Notes under the pieces: generated by a model
The model's input: the letters and a program-made list of their open reading frames with translations, nothing else
Told to the model about the DNA's origin: nothing
Database searches by the model: none
Shown: piece by piece, positions 24,534 through 36,700 of the stretch
Layout of the letters: each line of letters opens with the position of its first letter
Numbering within the stretch: the stretch's first letter is position 1
Made by a program: the position numbers and the translations under genes
NCBI GenBank assembly: GCA_001179505.1
Contig: CDMY01000086.1
Coordinates: 131,520 to 195,519 of the forward strand
Source: Vitrella brassicaformis CCMP3155
Lineage: Eukaryota > Protista > Chromerida
DNA length: 64,000 nt
Reading direction: 5' to 3'

Positions 24534-26503
24534 ATGGAAGTTCCCCCAATCGGTCTGCCTTCATTCGGTAAGCAGCATGCAGTGAAAGCTATTCGTTACT
24601 GCACTCCCCAAGCAGATCTGCCTCTTTTTTTTCGAGAAAGCGATCTGGCGCACAGTGGTCAAGCTCGCAAAAGATCCGCAAATCAGCCGAGGGCCCGCCC
24701 AGGGGCCTGGAGGGTGCCAGGTATGCGCACGCACGCCGGTTTGGTGCAGCAGTACGCTGCGTGGCCCTCCACAACCGTGCCTCCTCCACACTGGCGCAAT
24801 CACCTCCTGCCGCAGCCACCCACATTCCTCCCCCTTCAGCACCACCTCTACGACAGCATCGCCATCAACAGAAAGGCAACCCAGGAGAAGATCGAGGTGC
24901 GAGGCGCGCCATCTGCGCCAGTCGTGACCGTCACGGGCACCGAGCGCATCGGACTGCTGCTCGACATATCGCGGGTCTTGAGAGGTCAGCAGAGGACAGC
25001 AGGGAGGTCGACGGGAGGATCTTTTACGTGTGTCCCTCCTGTCTTGTCTGTTTTGAACCATCGGTCAGAGTGGGGTTATTCGGTCAAGAAGGCCAGGGTG
25101 GTGAGCAGTGTCAGCGAGACGGGCGTCAAGACCATCAAGGACACTTTCGAGTTGATAAACCTCGACTCGACAGCAGGGTTGGGCGATGGACTGTCGGATG
25201 GCGAGAGGCTGGCCAAGTTGGAGAGGGCTCTGCACGAGCGGGCATTCACGAGCGGGTCGAGCATGCAGGCGTGGGAGAGGCAGCAGGTCAACATGTACCA
25301 ATCGTCGCTGCTCACACCAGGTCAGCGGGCCAGGCAGCCAGACAGCCAGCCAGCCAGACAGGCAGGGAGGGAGGGAGGGAGGGACCACCGACACGATGGC
25401 GCTGATGCCATCCATGGGTTGTGTTCAGGTTCACGAGTGTATGAGGTGCGAGTAGAGGGCACCGACGCTCCCGGGCTGCTGCACGAGATTGTACAAACAT
25501 TCTTCACCCACGGTCAGTCAGTTACCCAGCGACCCAGCGGCCCACACCGCACACACCACTGATCATCTTATGTGATCTCGCCTCACACACGCAGGTTTTG
25601 CCATCATAGCGGCGCGAGTGACCTCTCTACCAAATGGCAAGATCCGCAACTCATTCCGGTCAGTGTACCATCCGACTGACAGTCAGGACAGACAGACAAA
25701 GGAAGAAGACAAACAGCCATGTATTCATCCGTCCATTAAGCCCTGTGTGTTGTCCGTCGCCTCGCCCTGCCTGCAGGTGCCGGCTGACGTACCTGTTTGA
25801 GAGACTGCTGGCCCATAGTGACGAGACGAGTGAGGCAGACCATCTACGGGCACTGCAGACGGCCCTTCAGTCTCTTCACCCCGACCACGCGACATATGCC
25901 CTGCCGGACACACCCCCACCAGATCTCAAGGTGACCCCTCCTTCCCCACCTGAGGGCCCCTGCTGTGAGTCGTCACCCGAGCACCAGCACCAGCTGCCGC
26001 CTCCCCCGCCGCAATCGCCCCAGGAGTCCATCAATGAGGCCGCTTCCCTCCCGCCATCCCTCAGTCTCCCGGACGGTCCCGACCACCGGCCCCGCCCGCG
26101 GAGCCGCAGCCTCGATGCGCACTGCACCTCTACCAGAGGGGCTGGCCCACACCACTACCCATCCCACGTGACATCGGCAGACAAGAGGCATCCGCCGACC
26201 ATATACGAGGAAAGGCCCACAGAGGCCACCACAGCGGGGGGCAGCAGCGAGGAGGGCCGGCAGGGGGACGTCACGGGGGTCGCGATGCGGTCATCCTTCA
26301 CTCTCAGGTCCCTCAGCCGTGTGCAGTTCTTCTCTCGCATCCGTCTGGGGGCCATGTGCAGCGCCGGGTTCGACAGAGGACACAAGAGGGGCCGGGGAAG
26401 CAGCAACAGTGACCAGCAGCGGCAGAACCAGTCAGGTCCTGACAGCTGCTTGAAGGTTAAGGTTTGGCCGACGTCTTTTCTTAGTCGCCTCACAATGAGA
26501 TGA
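24534..26503 (+). CDS. ACT-domain repeat protein (ACR/GlnD-C-terminal-like), start uncertain
   Basis: Two ACT-like units: VVTVTGTERIGLLLDISRVLR..GYSVKKARV...IKDTFEL and YEVRVEGTDAPGLLHEIVQTFFTHG..IIAARVTSLPNGKIRNSF. These are followed by a Pro/Ser-rich tail. Confidence 0.72.
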
Positions 26504-27458
26504 GGGCCTCCCTAGCGGGCTTCCTTGCCGACGGGGTGGGTGGGTGTCGGTTGGGTTGAGCCAGCAGGGAGGGGGAGGTCGGTGGACGGGGGGATCGATG
26601 GTTGTTTCTATACGTGTGTGTGCAGCTAGCTGGCTGGGTGAAAGCGGTGCGCGCACGCACATGGGTATGATATGTCTCTCTTGGATGCTGAGAGGGCCGC
26701 TGCGTCCACATGCATTTGCTGTGGGTCGTATTTTTCTCTCACGAATGAGATATGTATGAGTGAGGTGTTGCATGCATGAATGGGTGTGGTGTTTTCGTAC
26801 CTATCCACTCGAGCGAGAGGCGCTTGTACATAGGCAAGCAATGGCGCCGGAGGGCAGACAGACAGACAGACATGAGGCACGTGCCTGCCTGGCTGAGCAC
26901 AGAACAGAGAAGACAGATCATGCTGGACAGCCAGGTAGCCATCCATCCATCCATCCATCCATTGATCCGTGCATCCATCTCTAACCTTTTTCGTCTCCAG
27001 CCTCATGCACACGCGGGGGTGCGGTGCGATCCGTCCTCCACTATGTATGTACATATGAAGCTCTTCTGCCTGACCGGCTGACTGAGTGAGTGAGTGTTGT
27101 GTTGTTGTGTGAATGTACCTACCTGGCAGGGTGCGCTGTGCTGTCTGCTGTCGTGTGCCGTTCCCGGCCTGGTTTTGGTCCGTCAGGGCGTTTTCGAATC
27201 GCACATGTGCCCCTTGTTTTCCAATGCTGGCTGGACGGGCCAAACCAGACCGAGCACAGACAGCAGACAGACACACGGGCCGGGAAGGAAATGGGTGTTC
27301 CAGTTGGTCGCGAGTGAGGTTGTTGGATGTGTGATCGACTGACTGACTCGCTAGGGCGTTAAACGCTGTCATTTTTCTTCCCATGTCTCTTTCGGAGACA
27401 TGGACGGCAAATTTTCCGAGGGGCTGACCCGGTCTTGCCTGGGGGGGTGGGGGGGGGG

Positions 27459-27758
27459 NNNNNNNNNNNNNNNNNNNNNNNNNNNNNNNNNNNNNNNNNN
27501 NNNNNNNNNNNNNNNNNNNNNNNNNNNNNNNNNNNNNNNNNNNNNNNNNNNNNNNNNNNNNNNNNNNNNNNNNNNNNNNNNNNNNNNNNNNNNNNNNNNN
27601 NNNNNNNNNNNNNNNNNNNNNNNNNNNNNNNNNNNNNNNNNNNNNNNNNNNNNNNNNNNNNNNNNNNNNNNNNNNNNNNNNNNNNNNNNNNNNNNNNNNN
27701 NNNNNNNNNNNNNNNNNNNNNNNNNNNNNNNNNNNNNNNNNNNNNNNNNNNNNNNNNN
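27459..27758. other. Assembly gap (about 300 N) flanked by poly-G runs
   Basis: Run of n's with G homopolymers on both sides. Confidence 0.98.
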
Positions 27759-28262
27759 GGGGGGGGGGGTGCGAGAGAGGTGTGGGTGCTGATGAATGGC
27801 TGGATGGATGGAAAGCATGGCTTCATTCACGCTGGATGTATGTGTGTACGTATGCGTGGTGGCCGTGCGTGTGCAATGTGACTCGCTATCGTCATGCATG
27901 TGGAGGGGAGTCTTGAGCGTGTCTGTGTGCTTCAGCCACTCGTGTAGAGACAGACACCGAAGCCGGCTGACTTGTGGCAGAGTGAATGAATGCGCCAAAC
28001 ATGACGTTTGAGGTACCACCTCTCGCGATAGGATTGTGTACACCGCTGCATTCGCGCCATGAGATGGCTGGTTGGTTGGTTGGTAGCGCCGGAAACGCAA
28101 CCCGACATCTTCTCTATCTATAGCACACACCAAACAGGCAACGTGCACACGTAGAGTGCCTCCACAAGGCATACGCCAAAAGAATGGGAGAAATCTTGCG
28201 AGCTAAATCTCACCTGCGAGGGTCCTTCCGGACGGAAGAGGACCAAAACTACGTCCCTCGCC

Positions 28263-29283
28263 ATGTCTGAAGAGCGTGAGGCTGCTGCAGTGAAGCTACA
28301 GTGCTTCTTCAGGGCCCTTCTTGCAAAGAAGGTCTACTTGGACCTCTTGTTGCGCAAAATGGAGGCTGAGGCTGCCCAGCAGCGAGAAATAGACCGGCTG
28401 AGGGACGAGCAGAGTACGAGAACACACAGCAAACTGGAACAAGCGGACGTGTGTTTGTGTGTGTGTGTGTGTGGTATTCTAGGCAAGGCATTGATACAGG
28501 CCCAAGAGGCAAAGCAGGCCATCGACGAGAAACTCGCCATCCGAAGGAACCTCAACATTTTGGTCAGTGAGCCTCAGTTACGAATTGGGGACCAGGAGAG
28601 TGACGGCAGTCAGTCTGTCTTGTGTCTTCTTGCTCAGCGCACCCATTCTGCGACATTCATCCAGCGTGCCTATCGTGACTACCGTCGTCGCCGCCACCGC
28701 CGCCATCAGCAGAGGCGCCGGCTGCCAACGCACACTCTCGCGGGCCCGCCTCCCACCACAGCCGAGGAGCAGCCCGCATCGCCCCTTCCCACAGCCACGC
28801 CCCACACACGTCACAGCGGTAGTGACCTGTGGCAGGATGTCGAGCTCACAGACGAGCAGAGTGGCGGCACTGGGGCTGGCCGCCACGAGCCAACCACCAC
28901 CAGCACCACAGGCGGCAGCAGCATTAGGCAGCGCCAGCCTGTCCGGCCATCATCCTCACCGGCAAGGGCTGTGGGTTTGTCCCGTGACGATGTGGGGCTG
29001 ACGCGAGAAGCACTGCAGGAGCTGCCACAAGAGACTCTGAGAGAAAAGGCTGCCGACATCCAGGTACGTGCTTCGGGCAGGCAGGCAGACTGACTGACTG
29101 ACACGCACTGCACACACCAACTGTCCGTGTGTGTGTCTGCAGCTTGAGACCATAATGAGGGCGCGGGAGCTGGCGTGTGAGTTTGAAGAGAGGTCTGAGC
29201 TCATGTGCGAGAACAGCACACTCCGCCAACACATACAAAACACTATCAACCACTTGCGGGACAGACGGGCGTCCGCCATCTGA
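28263..29283 (+). CDS. IQ-motif (calmodulin-binding) coiled-coil protein
   Basis: IQ motifs AAVKLQCFFRALLAKK and SATFIQRAYRDYRRRR. The last exon LETIMRARELACEF...RRASAI* has TGA at 29281-29283 and is in phase with the preceding donor. Confidence 0.72.
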
Positions 29284-29721
29284 TCCACTGATTGATTTAT
29301 TGACTGCGCTTTGGTTGCTTCATCGGTCATCCGGCTGGGGTGGGGTGGGGTGGGGATGGGATGCATGTGCATGCTCGTGTGCATCCGTGTTGATAGACAG
29401 ACAGACTCACTTCCTTTGTGAGCCCCACTGCAGACTTCGTAAACTGGTCGATGCGAGCTTTGGCAAAGGAAATAGCAAGAGATGCCGTCGATGGACAGAG
29501 CCGAGACTGCAATAGATGACTTGGATGACCGAGGCCAGTCGTATCTCAAAGCCTCAAGCGACGAACGTACAAGTCAAGAGGGCGGCAACTGCCGTAAGCA
29601 GAGAATGAGATCTCGGACCGCAGCAGCTTCCCAAGGGCCAAGAAACGACCACACCGCTGCCAATCGAGATGCCTATGACGATGGCAGCAGCAACAAGTGG
29701 CGTGTGCCTCGGCCGCGTTAT

Positions 29722-32700
29722 ATGATGATGTGTGTGGTGATGTTGGTGAGCTGGGTGTGGCCGCGGGTGGCGTGTGGGAGCGACGGGAGCGATGAGGGCG
29801 GCGGCGGGAGCAGGAGTCAGCACCTGCATGTGTACGACCCCAACGAGGTGGTGACTGTGTGGACCGACAAGATGGGCCCCTACCACAACCCTCACGAGAC
29901 CTACCCCTACGAAAACCTCCCCATCTGCGAACTGCAGGACGCTGGTGGCATCAGAAAAGAGCCTACAATCGGTACACATACACATACACACACACACAGG
30001 CAGACAGATCGACCGACTGACTGACCGAGATGTGTGTCCATGTGTTTATTCATTGGCCAGGTGAGGCGCTCGAGGGCCACAACTTCATCAGCTCGCCGAG
30101 AATCAACATCAAATTCTCAGGTAGGCTGCCCAGCTTCATTCACTCACCGACTCACTGTCTGCCTCGGTTGTGTGTTGGTCCATCCATCGATGCGTCCGTC
30201 GGTCAGTTGGTCAGCCCAGCACTGACGTGTGCTCCATGAAGCTCAACGAAGAACAGGCAGAGGAGCTGGCAAGTGAACACATTCGACACATCCAGACAAA
30301 CAGGCTGGCAGGGCAGGGTGCCTTACTGTTTGTTGTGTGTGTCGTATAGGTCCGCATGGTGGAGGAGAACTACTGGTACCAGATATACATCGACGACCTG
30401 CCGAACTGGGGCTTCCTCGGAGGTAGGTCAACAACAACGCGGGAGCACAGCTTCCCGCCTGTTGGTTGAGTGCGTGTGTCCTTCCTGCCTGCCTGCCTCC
30501 GTTGGTTGGTTCAGAGATGGTTGAGCCCGATGAGGGCAAGGAGGGTGCGGATGAGAAGGATGACGATGAGGGGGCTGCCCCCAGTGTGCCTTCCATATTC
30601 ACTCACAGGGAATTCGTCATCTACAGAAACGGACCACAGGTGGGTGGGTGCCGCAGACCAGACCCCCACCAGCATCTCATCGCATCCATGGAGGAAGGAA
30701 GGGGTCATTCATATGTGTATCGATCGTATCGTTTGTCCATATATCGGACAGATCATATCAGTGGACATGGAGCCGTCCGATCTGGTGCCCATCAAGGCCG
30801 GTGCGGAGCTCAAGTTCACCTACTCGGTCGAGTGGCACGAGACAGACGTACCCTTCAAAAACAGATTCGAGAAGTACCTGGAATTCTCCTTCTTCGAACA
30901 CAAAGTTTGCCACGGCCTAGCACACACGTGTACCCAGGCAGTCAGGCAGCACATGGATGGCATATCGCTTGTTGTGGGTTCATTCAGGTTCACTGGTTCA
31001 GCATAGTCAACAGTTTCATGCTGTGTCTGTTCCTCTGCGCCATCGTGTCGGTCATTCTGGCACGAGTACTTCGCAGAGACTTCGCAAAGTGATCTAGCCC
31101 AAATACGCAGCCAGACAGCTCCCTCACAAAGACGCTGATGTGCTCTCTGTCTGTGTGTGTGTTGTAGGTATGCAGCGTCAGAGGCTGACGAGCTTGAGAG
31201 CATGGACAGGGCAGACGAGAGCGGGTGGAAGCAGGTCCACGGGGATGTCTTCAGGAAACCCTCACACCTACTCACCTTCTCAGTACACATCCACACACAC
31301 ACACACATAATGGGGCCTGGACGATTGGTGGGTGTATGTGCTTTAATTGCTGTGCCCTGCCGTGTGTGTGCGTGTGTGTAGGTGTTGTACAGCAGCGGCT
31401 GCCACTTGATGACCATGATAGTGGGTGTGATCCTGCTGGCCATCGCCAACTCATACTACACGAGGGCGGGGTCCTCATCCTCGGCAGCCGTGCTTGTCTA
31501 TATCGTCACACAGTCGGTCGGCGGATACGCTGGGGGATACACATTCAAGTCAGTGCGACAGACGCAGCAGCTCGAATATATGTCATTCATGTCATGAGGC
31601 GTGTGTGACATTGATTGCTTCAGGTTGTATGGCGGGAAGGGCTGGAAGAAGGCCATGTTCGCGCAGGTGCTCTTCATACCTTCAGGTGAATGCCCGTCTG
31701 GCTACTGACACAGATAAGAGACACGAGGCGACCTGCGTGGCGTGTGTGTTGTGTGTGTCCCGCCAGTCGTGTTGGTGATATTCGCCTTCCTCAACACCAC
31801 CGCCCTCGTATACACATCCAGCATGGCCGTACCTGCAAAAAACATCGCAACGGGTACACACACAGACAGACAGACATCCTGCCATGGGTTTTGTGCTCAC
31901 CGCGGATACATCCATTCTGTGCTGTACGGATGGATTGGATGCCTCGGTGCAGTGGTACTGTTGTTTCTGGTGCTGTGCATCCCTCTGCACACGGTGGGCA
32001 CTCTGTTGGGCCGCCGGCACGCCAGCAAGGCGGCTTTCCCGTGCCGCATACACCACCTGAAGCGACCCATACCACCCAAACACTGGGCATTCCTGTGCGT
32101 GACGTGACAATGACACTAACATACCCACATGCACACACAGAGTCCTCGATACATCCGTTATTGTGTGTGGATTCATTGCGTTTCGTTCCAGGCCGTGCAT
32201 GATCAGTGGTGCTGGTCTGATCCCATTCGGATGTGTATTTATCGAGGTACCTCCACACACACACACATATACACATACATATACATATACACACATGGCT
32301 GCACCATCCTGTCTGCAGATGTATTTCCTGTTCTCGTCTTTCTGGGGCTACAAGTTCTACTATGTACGCTCACACGCACGCAGCACACAGACACACATCG
32401 CACCTGTGTGTACATGTTCGGTTGTGTGTGTAGGTGTACGGCTTTATGCTGGCGATACTGCTGCTCTTCAGCTGTGTGCTGGTAGGTGGGCCGTTTGCTG
32501 CACCGCCAGGCTGGCAAGACAGACAGACACATGAGGATGGCCTTTGTGTGGTGTGTGTGCAGGTGTGTGTGAGCATAACGTCTGTGTACATCCTCCTGAA
32601 TGCGGAGGACTACAGATGGGCTTGGTAGGTCGACACAGTGACTGATATGGGGCGGGAGGGACAACACCAGCACACAGGCGAGACACGCCGGCGTGCTGGC

Positions 32701-33162
32701 CGGTTTGTTGTTTGTTTCAGGGTGTCGTTTCTGTCGTGTGCGTCTACCGGCGTGTATGTGTTCCTCTACTCTATCTACTACTACCACAACTCAACCAAAA
32801 TGAGAGGTACACACACAGACACACACACGCCGAGCTCCAGCATCGGAACTCCACAAACACACGTGTCTGGTTTCTCTCTGTGGTGTCTTCCTCCGTCCCT
32901 CGCTCCCTCTGTCCATCTGTCTGTCAGGTTTTCTACAGTTCATGTATTACTTTGGGTCGACGGCGTTTTTCTGCTTCTGCCTGTCCCTGTTCTGCGGATC
33001 ACTCGGATACCTCGGGTGAGTACAGTACGGGGGCAATCCAATGCATTCGATACCTGAAGGCAGGGCCGCGCGTGTGTGAATGGTTTGTGTGTGTGTTGTC
33101 TGGTGACTGACAGGGCCTTCCGATTCGTTTCGCTCATCTACAAGAACATCAAGGCCGAGTGA
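29722..33162 (+). CDS. TM9SF: Transmembrane 9 superfamily (nonaspanin/EMP70) member, TM9SF1/3-like
   Basis: Signal-like start, then VWTDKMGPYHNPHETYPYENLPIC, ENYWYQIYIDDLP, VHWFSIVNSF, ESGWKQVHGDVFRKP, LYGGKGWKK, YFLFSSFWGYKFYY, AEDYRWAW and C-terminal FVSLIYKNIKAE*. Start could be upstream (29605). Confidence 0.93.
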
Positions 33163-33725
33163 GGGAGTGAGGAATGTGGCCGGGCAGCCGGCCATCGATG
33201 GGGGGAGAAAGGACACAGCCGTTGAGGTGGATAGAGGCGGTACGGGACCGTCTGCCGACCCGCGATGGACGATGGCCGCGGCGCAATTCAGGGTATGTAG
33301 ACGGGTGTGTGGTGCAAGGACGCAATTAAATGCGTATGTATGTGAGGGACACTCTTATGCACACATACGTGTTCTCACACTGCATGTTCAATTCATGATA
33401 TGGTCGTCCCCTTGACCAGCCAACCAAACCGTGTCACACCAGACAGACAGACAAACAGACCCCAAATATCCATCCATCCATCTGTACGTGTGGCTTGTCT
33501 GACGTGTCGGCACACAGACAGGCGTGATGCATGGCAGCAAACAGTCGGCAGAATATAAAATGTAGGCAACGATTAGTTAGCCAGCGAAATCGCAGGCAGG
33601 CAGTCGGCCTTCGACAACCAGCTCTCTTCAACTCCACCACGCTAGGCAGTCACATCCATCCACCAACTCATATGTGCGTGTGTGTATGTGTTGTGTGGGT
33701 GTGTGTTGGCGGGCACCGCACCCAC

Positions 33726-36700
33726 TCAGCGGCGCCGCCGGTGGTTGGCAGAACGGGTATCCGTTGTACTTCCGGATGGATGGATCTTGACCATGAACGT
33801 CGATCGCTCACTTTGGATTTGTTTGGATTCAACTTCGATGTCATGGTATTCCAACGTCTCTTGGCCATCACTTGAGCTCTCAGCGCTGTCTTCGGGCTCC
33901 TGGAGCAGGGATACGCGCATATACAGTCATGGAGTCGATTGTTTGTTTCACCGGCGAATATACCTGTGTCGTGGCTGTGGGGTGGGGTGGGCTGGCGGCT
34001 TAGGCTTGGTCGCCGTCGACCTGGCCGCCTTCCTCTCCAGCTCAGCGGTGCTTGGGGGCGGGGGCGGGCGGTGGACAGGGATTCGCGACCGGTGTGGTGG
34101 TCTTGGGGTTGGAGCGACTGCTGGCGGCTGGCGGCAGGGTGCCTGGTGTCCGCTCTCCCACCGAGAACAGGGCGCGCCGCTGGAATCGTCATCGGACTGG
34201 TCGTTGGCAGCGGACAGGTCCTCGCCGAGGTTACGCAAGAGCACCCGCAATTCGCCCTCCACCTGCAAACACACACACACACACACACACATGCTCTGGA
34301 TGGAGGATGGGTGGATGGATTGTCTGGCTGATAGATGCATGCATACAGACATACATCAGTGTGTGTGCTGTCGTGTCAGTCTTGCTTTAAACGGCCCTGC
34401 TCCAGTCGTAGGCAGCGTTCATGATGCACATGAGCTCCACGGGCGCGGCGCGTCAAGGGACGTGAAGCGCTTGACGAGAGCACTCATCGCACACCACATG
34501 TCCCTGCCAGTGTCCATGAGACACGGACCCTACACAATGAGAGACACACATACACACATGGGCAGTGTGTGTGTATGTATGCGTGTCTGTCTGTCCGACT
34601 TACGTCTGTTCCCTTGTCATCCACCTGCAGCGCCCGAGTCCTTCCCTCTTGTGTATGCGGGTCCCTCTTGTCTATGCGATGACATGGGAACGGGAGCAGG
34701 CAAAGGCTGAACAGGGAGGGAGGGAGGGAGGGAGGCAGCCACACATTATCACTGGTCGATCGTATCGAGTCATCTGAGATGGCTTACATCCTCTCCGAGG
34801 CTGCTATCGAATCCGCCCCTTGAACGCACAGCAGCACCAACCATCGACGCACGCAAGTACAGCGTGTAAGTTCTCTCTTCCACACGGTGCCAGGCGGCGC
34901 TTAGCAGATCTCTCGGTCTCTCGGTGGCCGCCGAAGCGGCCAATTATGCGTAGACAGATAGACGAAAGATGAGAGACATGAGCACATTCATGATTACCTC
35001 CTTCGTGTCTGTCTCACTTACGTACCTGTGGGGCCGCCGGGGCGTCAATGCGGTCTATGTGCAGCGCCCGGGAGTTGAGTATAATGGGCCAAGAGATATA
35101 GAATGTAGACAGCCATCGGTCTGCACCACGCGCCACCTCTGCATTCAGTCTACCCGTACGGCAGAGAGAACGTTGAGGACACAGGAAGAACAACGAACAT
35201 TCATCCTGACACCCTGCTGCTCTCTTACCATTTCTGGCTCCGAATCTGTCTTTCTTGCTCAGGAGCTGGGCGTCCTTCTTGCTCAGGTCGGTCACATACT
35301 GCAAGCAACAAACAGACACATGTATGTATGTGTAATGTGAGTGTTCCGCCCGCATGTCTACCTGCCCGCGTACTCCCAGATCGGCCATGATGCCGGACTC
35401 CTGGGAGTTCGAGTGGTCGGGTACTTTCAGTTGCTCTATGGCCGGCCAATGGATGGCGAGTATGGCACCGATGACGTCGTCCTCGCTCCTGGTCGTCCTT
35501 GAGATGCCCTTCGAGAGCCTCCAGCTGCTCCAAGAGGACCAACTCAACCTGCGGACCACACACATATATAGACAGACAGACAGACAGACAGAAACAGGTG
35601 CATGTACACCCTCGCGCACATGGCGCGTGCCGTGCCGTGCCGCTCCTGCGCACCGTTGCGATCACCCCGAGTTGCTTGAACGACTCCGTGCCCTCCTGCT
35701 TGGATGAGGTAGCGGCGCACGCACTTGGAGAGGATGCCGAGCTCGTTTGCCAGCCCCTTGAATCGAGTCGGCGGCCGCGCCCCCAATGTTCACCTCCTTC
35801 TTTGTGCGATTGGGTGCATAGCATTTCCCGAAAGCCCTCTCGTCCTCGTTGTCTGTGCTTTCCTCGTTGTCGGTGATGGCTGTCTCGTTGCCCGCTGTCA
35901 TCGCACTGTCTGGCGGCGCACAGCCTACACACATTGACAGCGGTCATGTGTATTCGTGTGCATGTGTGTGTGTGCCTGTGCGGTTGGATGCCTACCTGGC
36001 ATACGTATTGAGCGTTTCTCGACGATCGTGCTGGGGACGTCATTGGCTTTGTAGAACAGTATGTATGCGTTTGGTCCTGGTAGAAGTGAGCACACCCCAG
36101 GCAGAACAATTAGCTTATTATATGTGCACGGGTGTATAGATCAGCACTTGTTTAGTTCTCTCTGACCTTGCAGGGCGTCTGGGTTGATGGCATGTTCGAT
36201 CTCCTCGTCGTTGAAATCCACCCACGTCGGATGGCCGCCCAAGGCTCTCTTGGCTTGTCTGTGGTGGTCATACAGACAGAGGAGGGATACAGAGACATGG
36301 ATGATGAACACTGCCGTTTTATGTTGCCGCTTATTGTCGCTTACGCTGTGTAGTGTCCTTCGTCCAGGGTGCCCTCCTGACTGGTCACTGCGTAGAGCTC
36401 GTAGACGCGGGCAGTGGTGGGGTCCTCTGTATGCATGACACACAACACCAGAGAGATCCATGAGTGTGTGATGCGATGCCCCTCATGTCATGCAGGCACA
36501 TACCGGATGCATCACACACGCCTGGGATGTCGCGCACACACAGGCCCTCCGAGGCGTCAAACGTGACGAAAGTGTCCAGCCGGTCGGACAGGCCTTCTCG
36601 CCGCTGGAAGCAATTAAGCGTCAGGATGAGGACCTCTGGCAGGCGCATGATGACTTTGCTGCCCCTGGCGTTGACGTGCCGCTGGCACGTGGGGCAGAAC

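Noticed and set aside
27960-28060. C2H2-like YRERWYLKRHVWRIH on the minus strand
   Set aside because: The CxxC half is missing and the frame is short, so it is likely chance.
27359-28172. Long ORFs spanning the N gap
   Set aside because: They stay open only because N translates to X, so they are artefacts.
29430-29515. Extra last exon for the IQ gene (LRKLVDASFGKG..)
   Set aside because: The preceding exon already reaches an in-frame TGA at 29281-29283. This region is more likely the TM9SF 5' region.
31682-32787. Many ORFs with CVCVCV/HTHTHT/DRQTDR runs (throughout the window)
   Set aside because: They are translations of intronic (CA)n and (CAGA)n microsatellites, not Cys/His metal-binding motifs.
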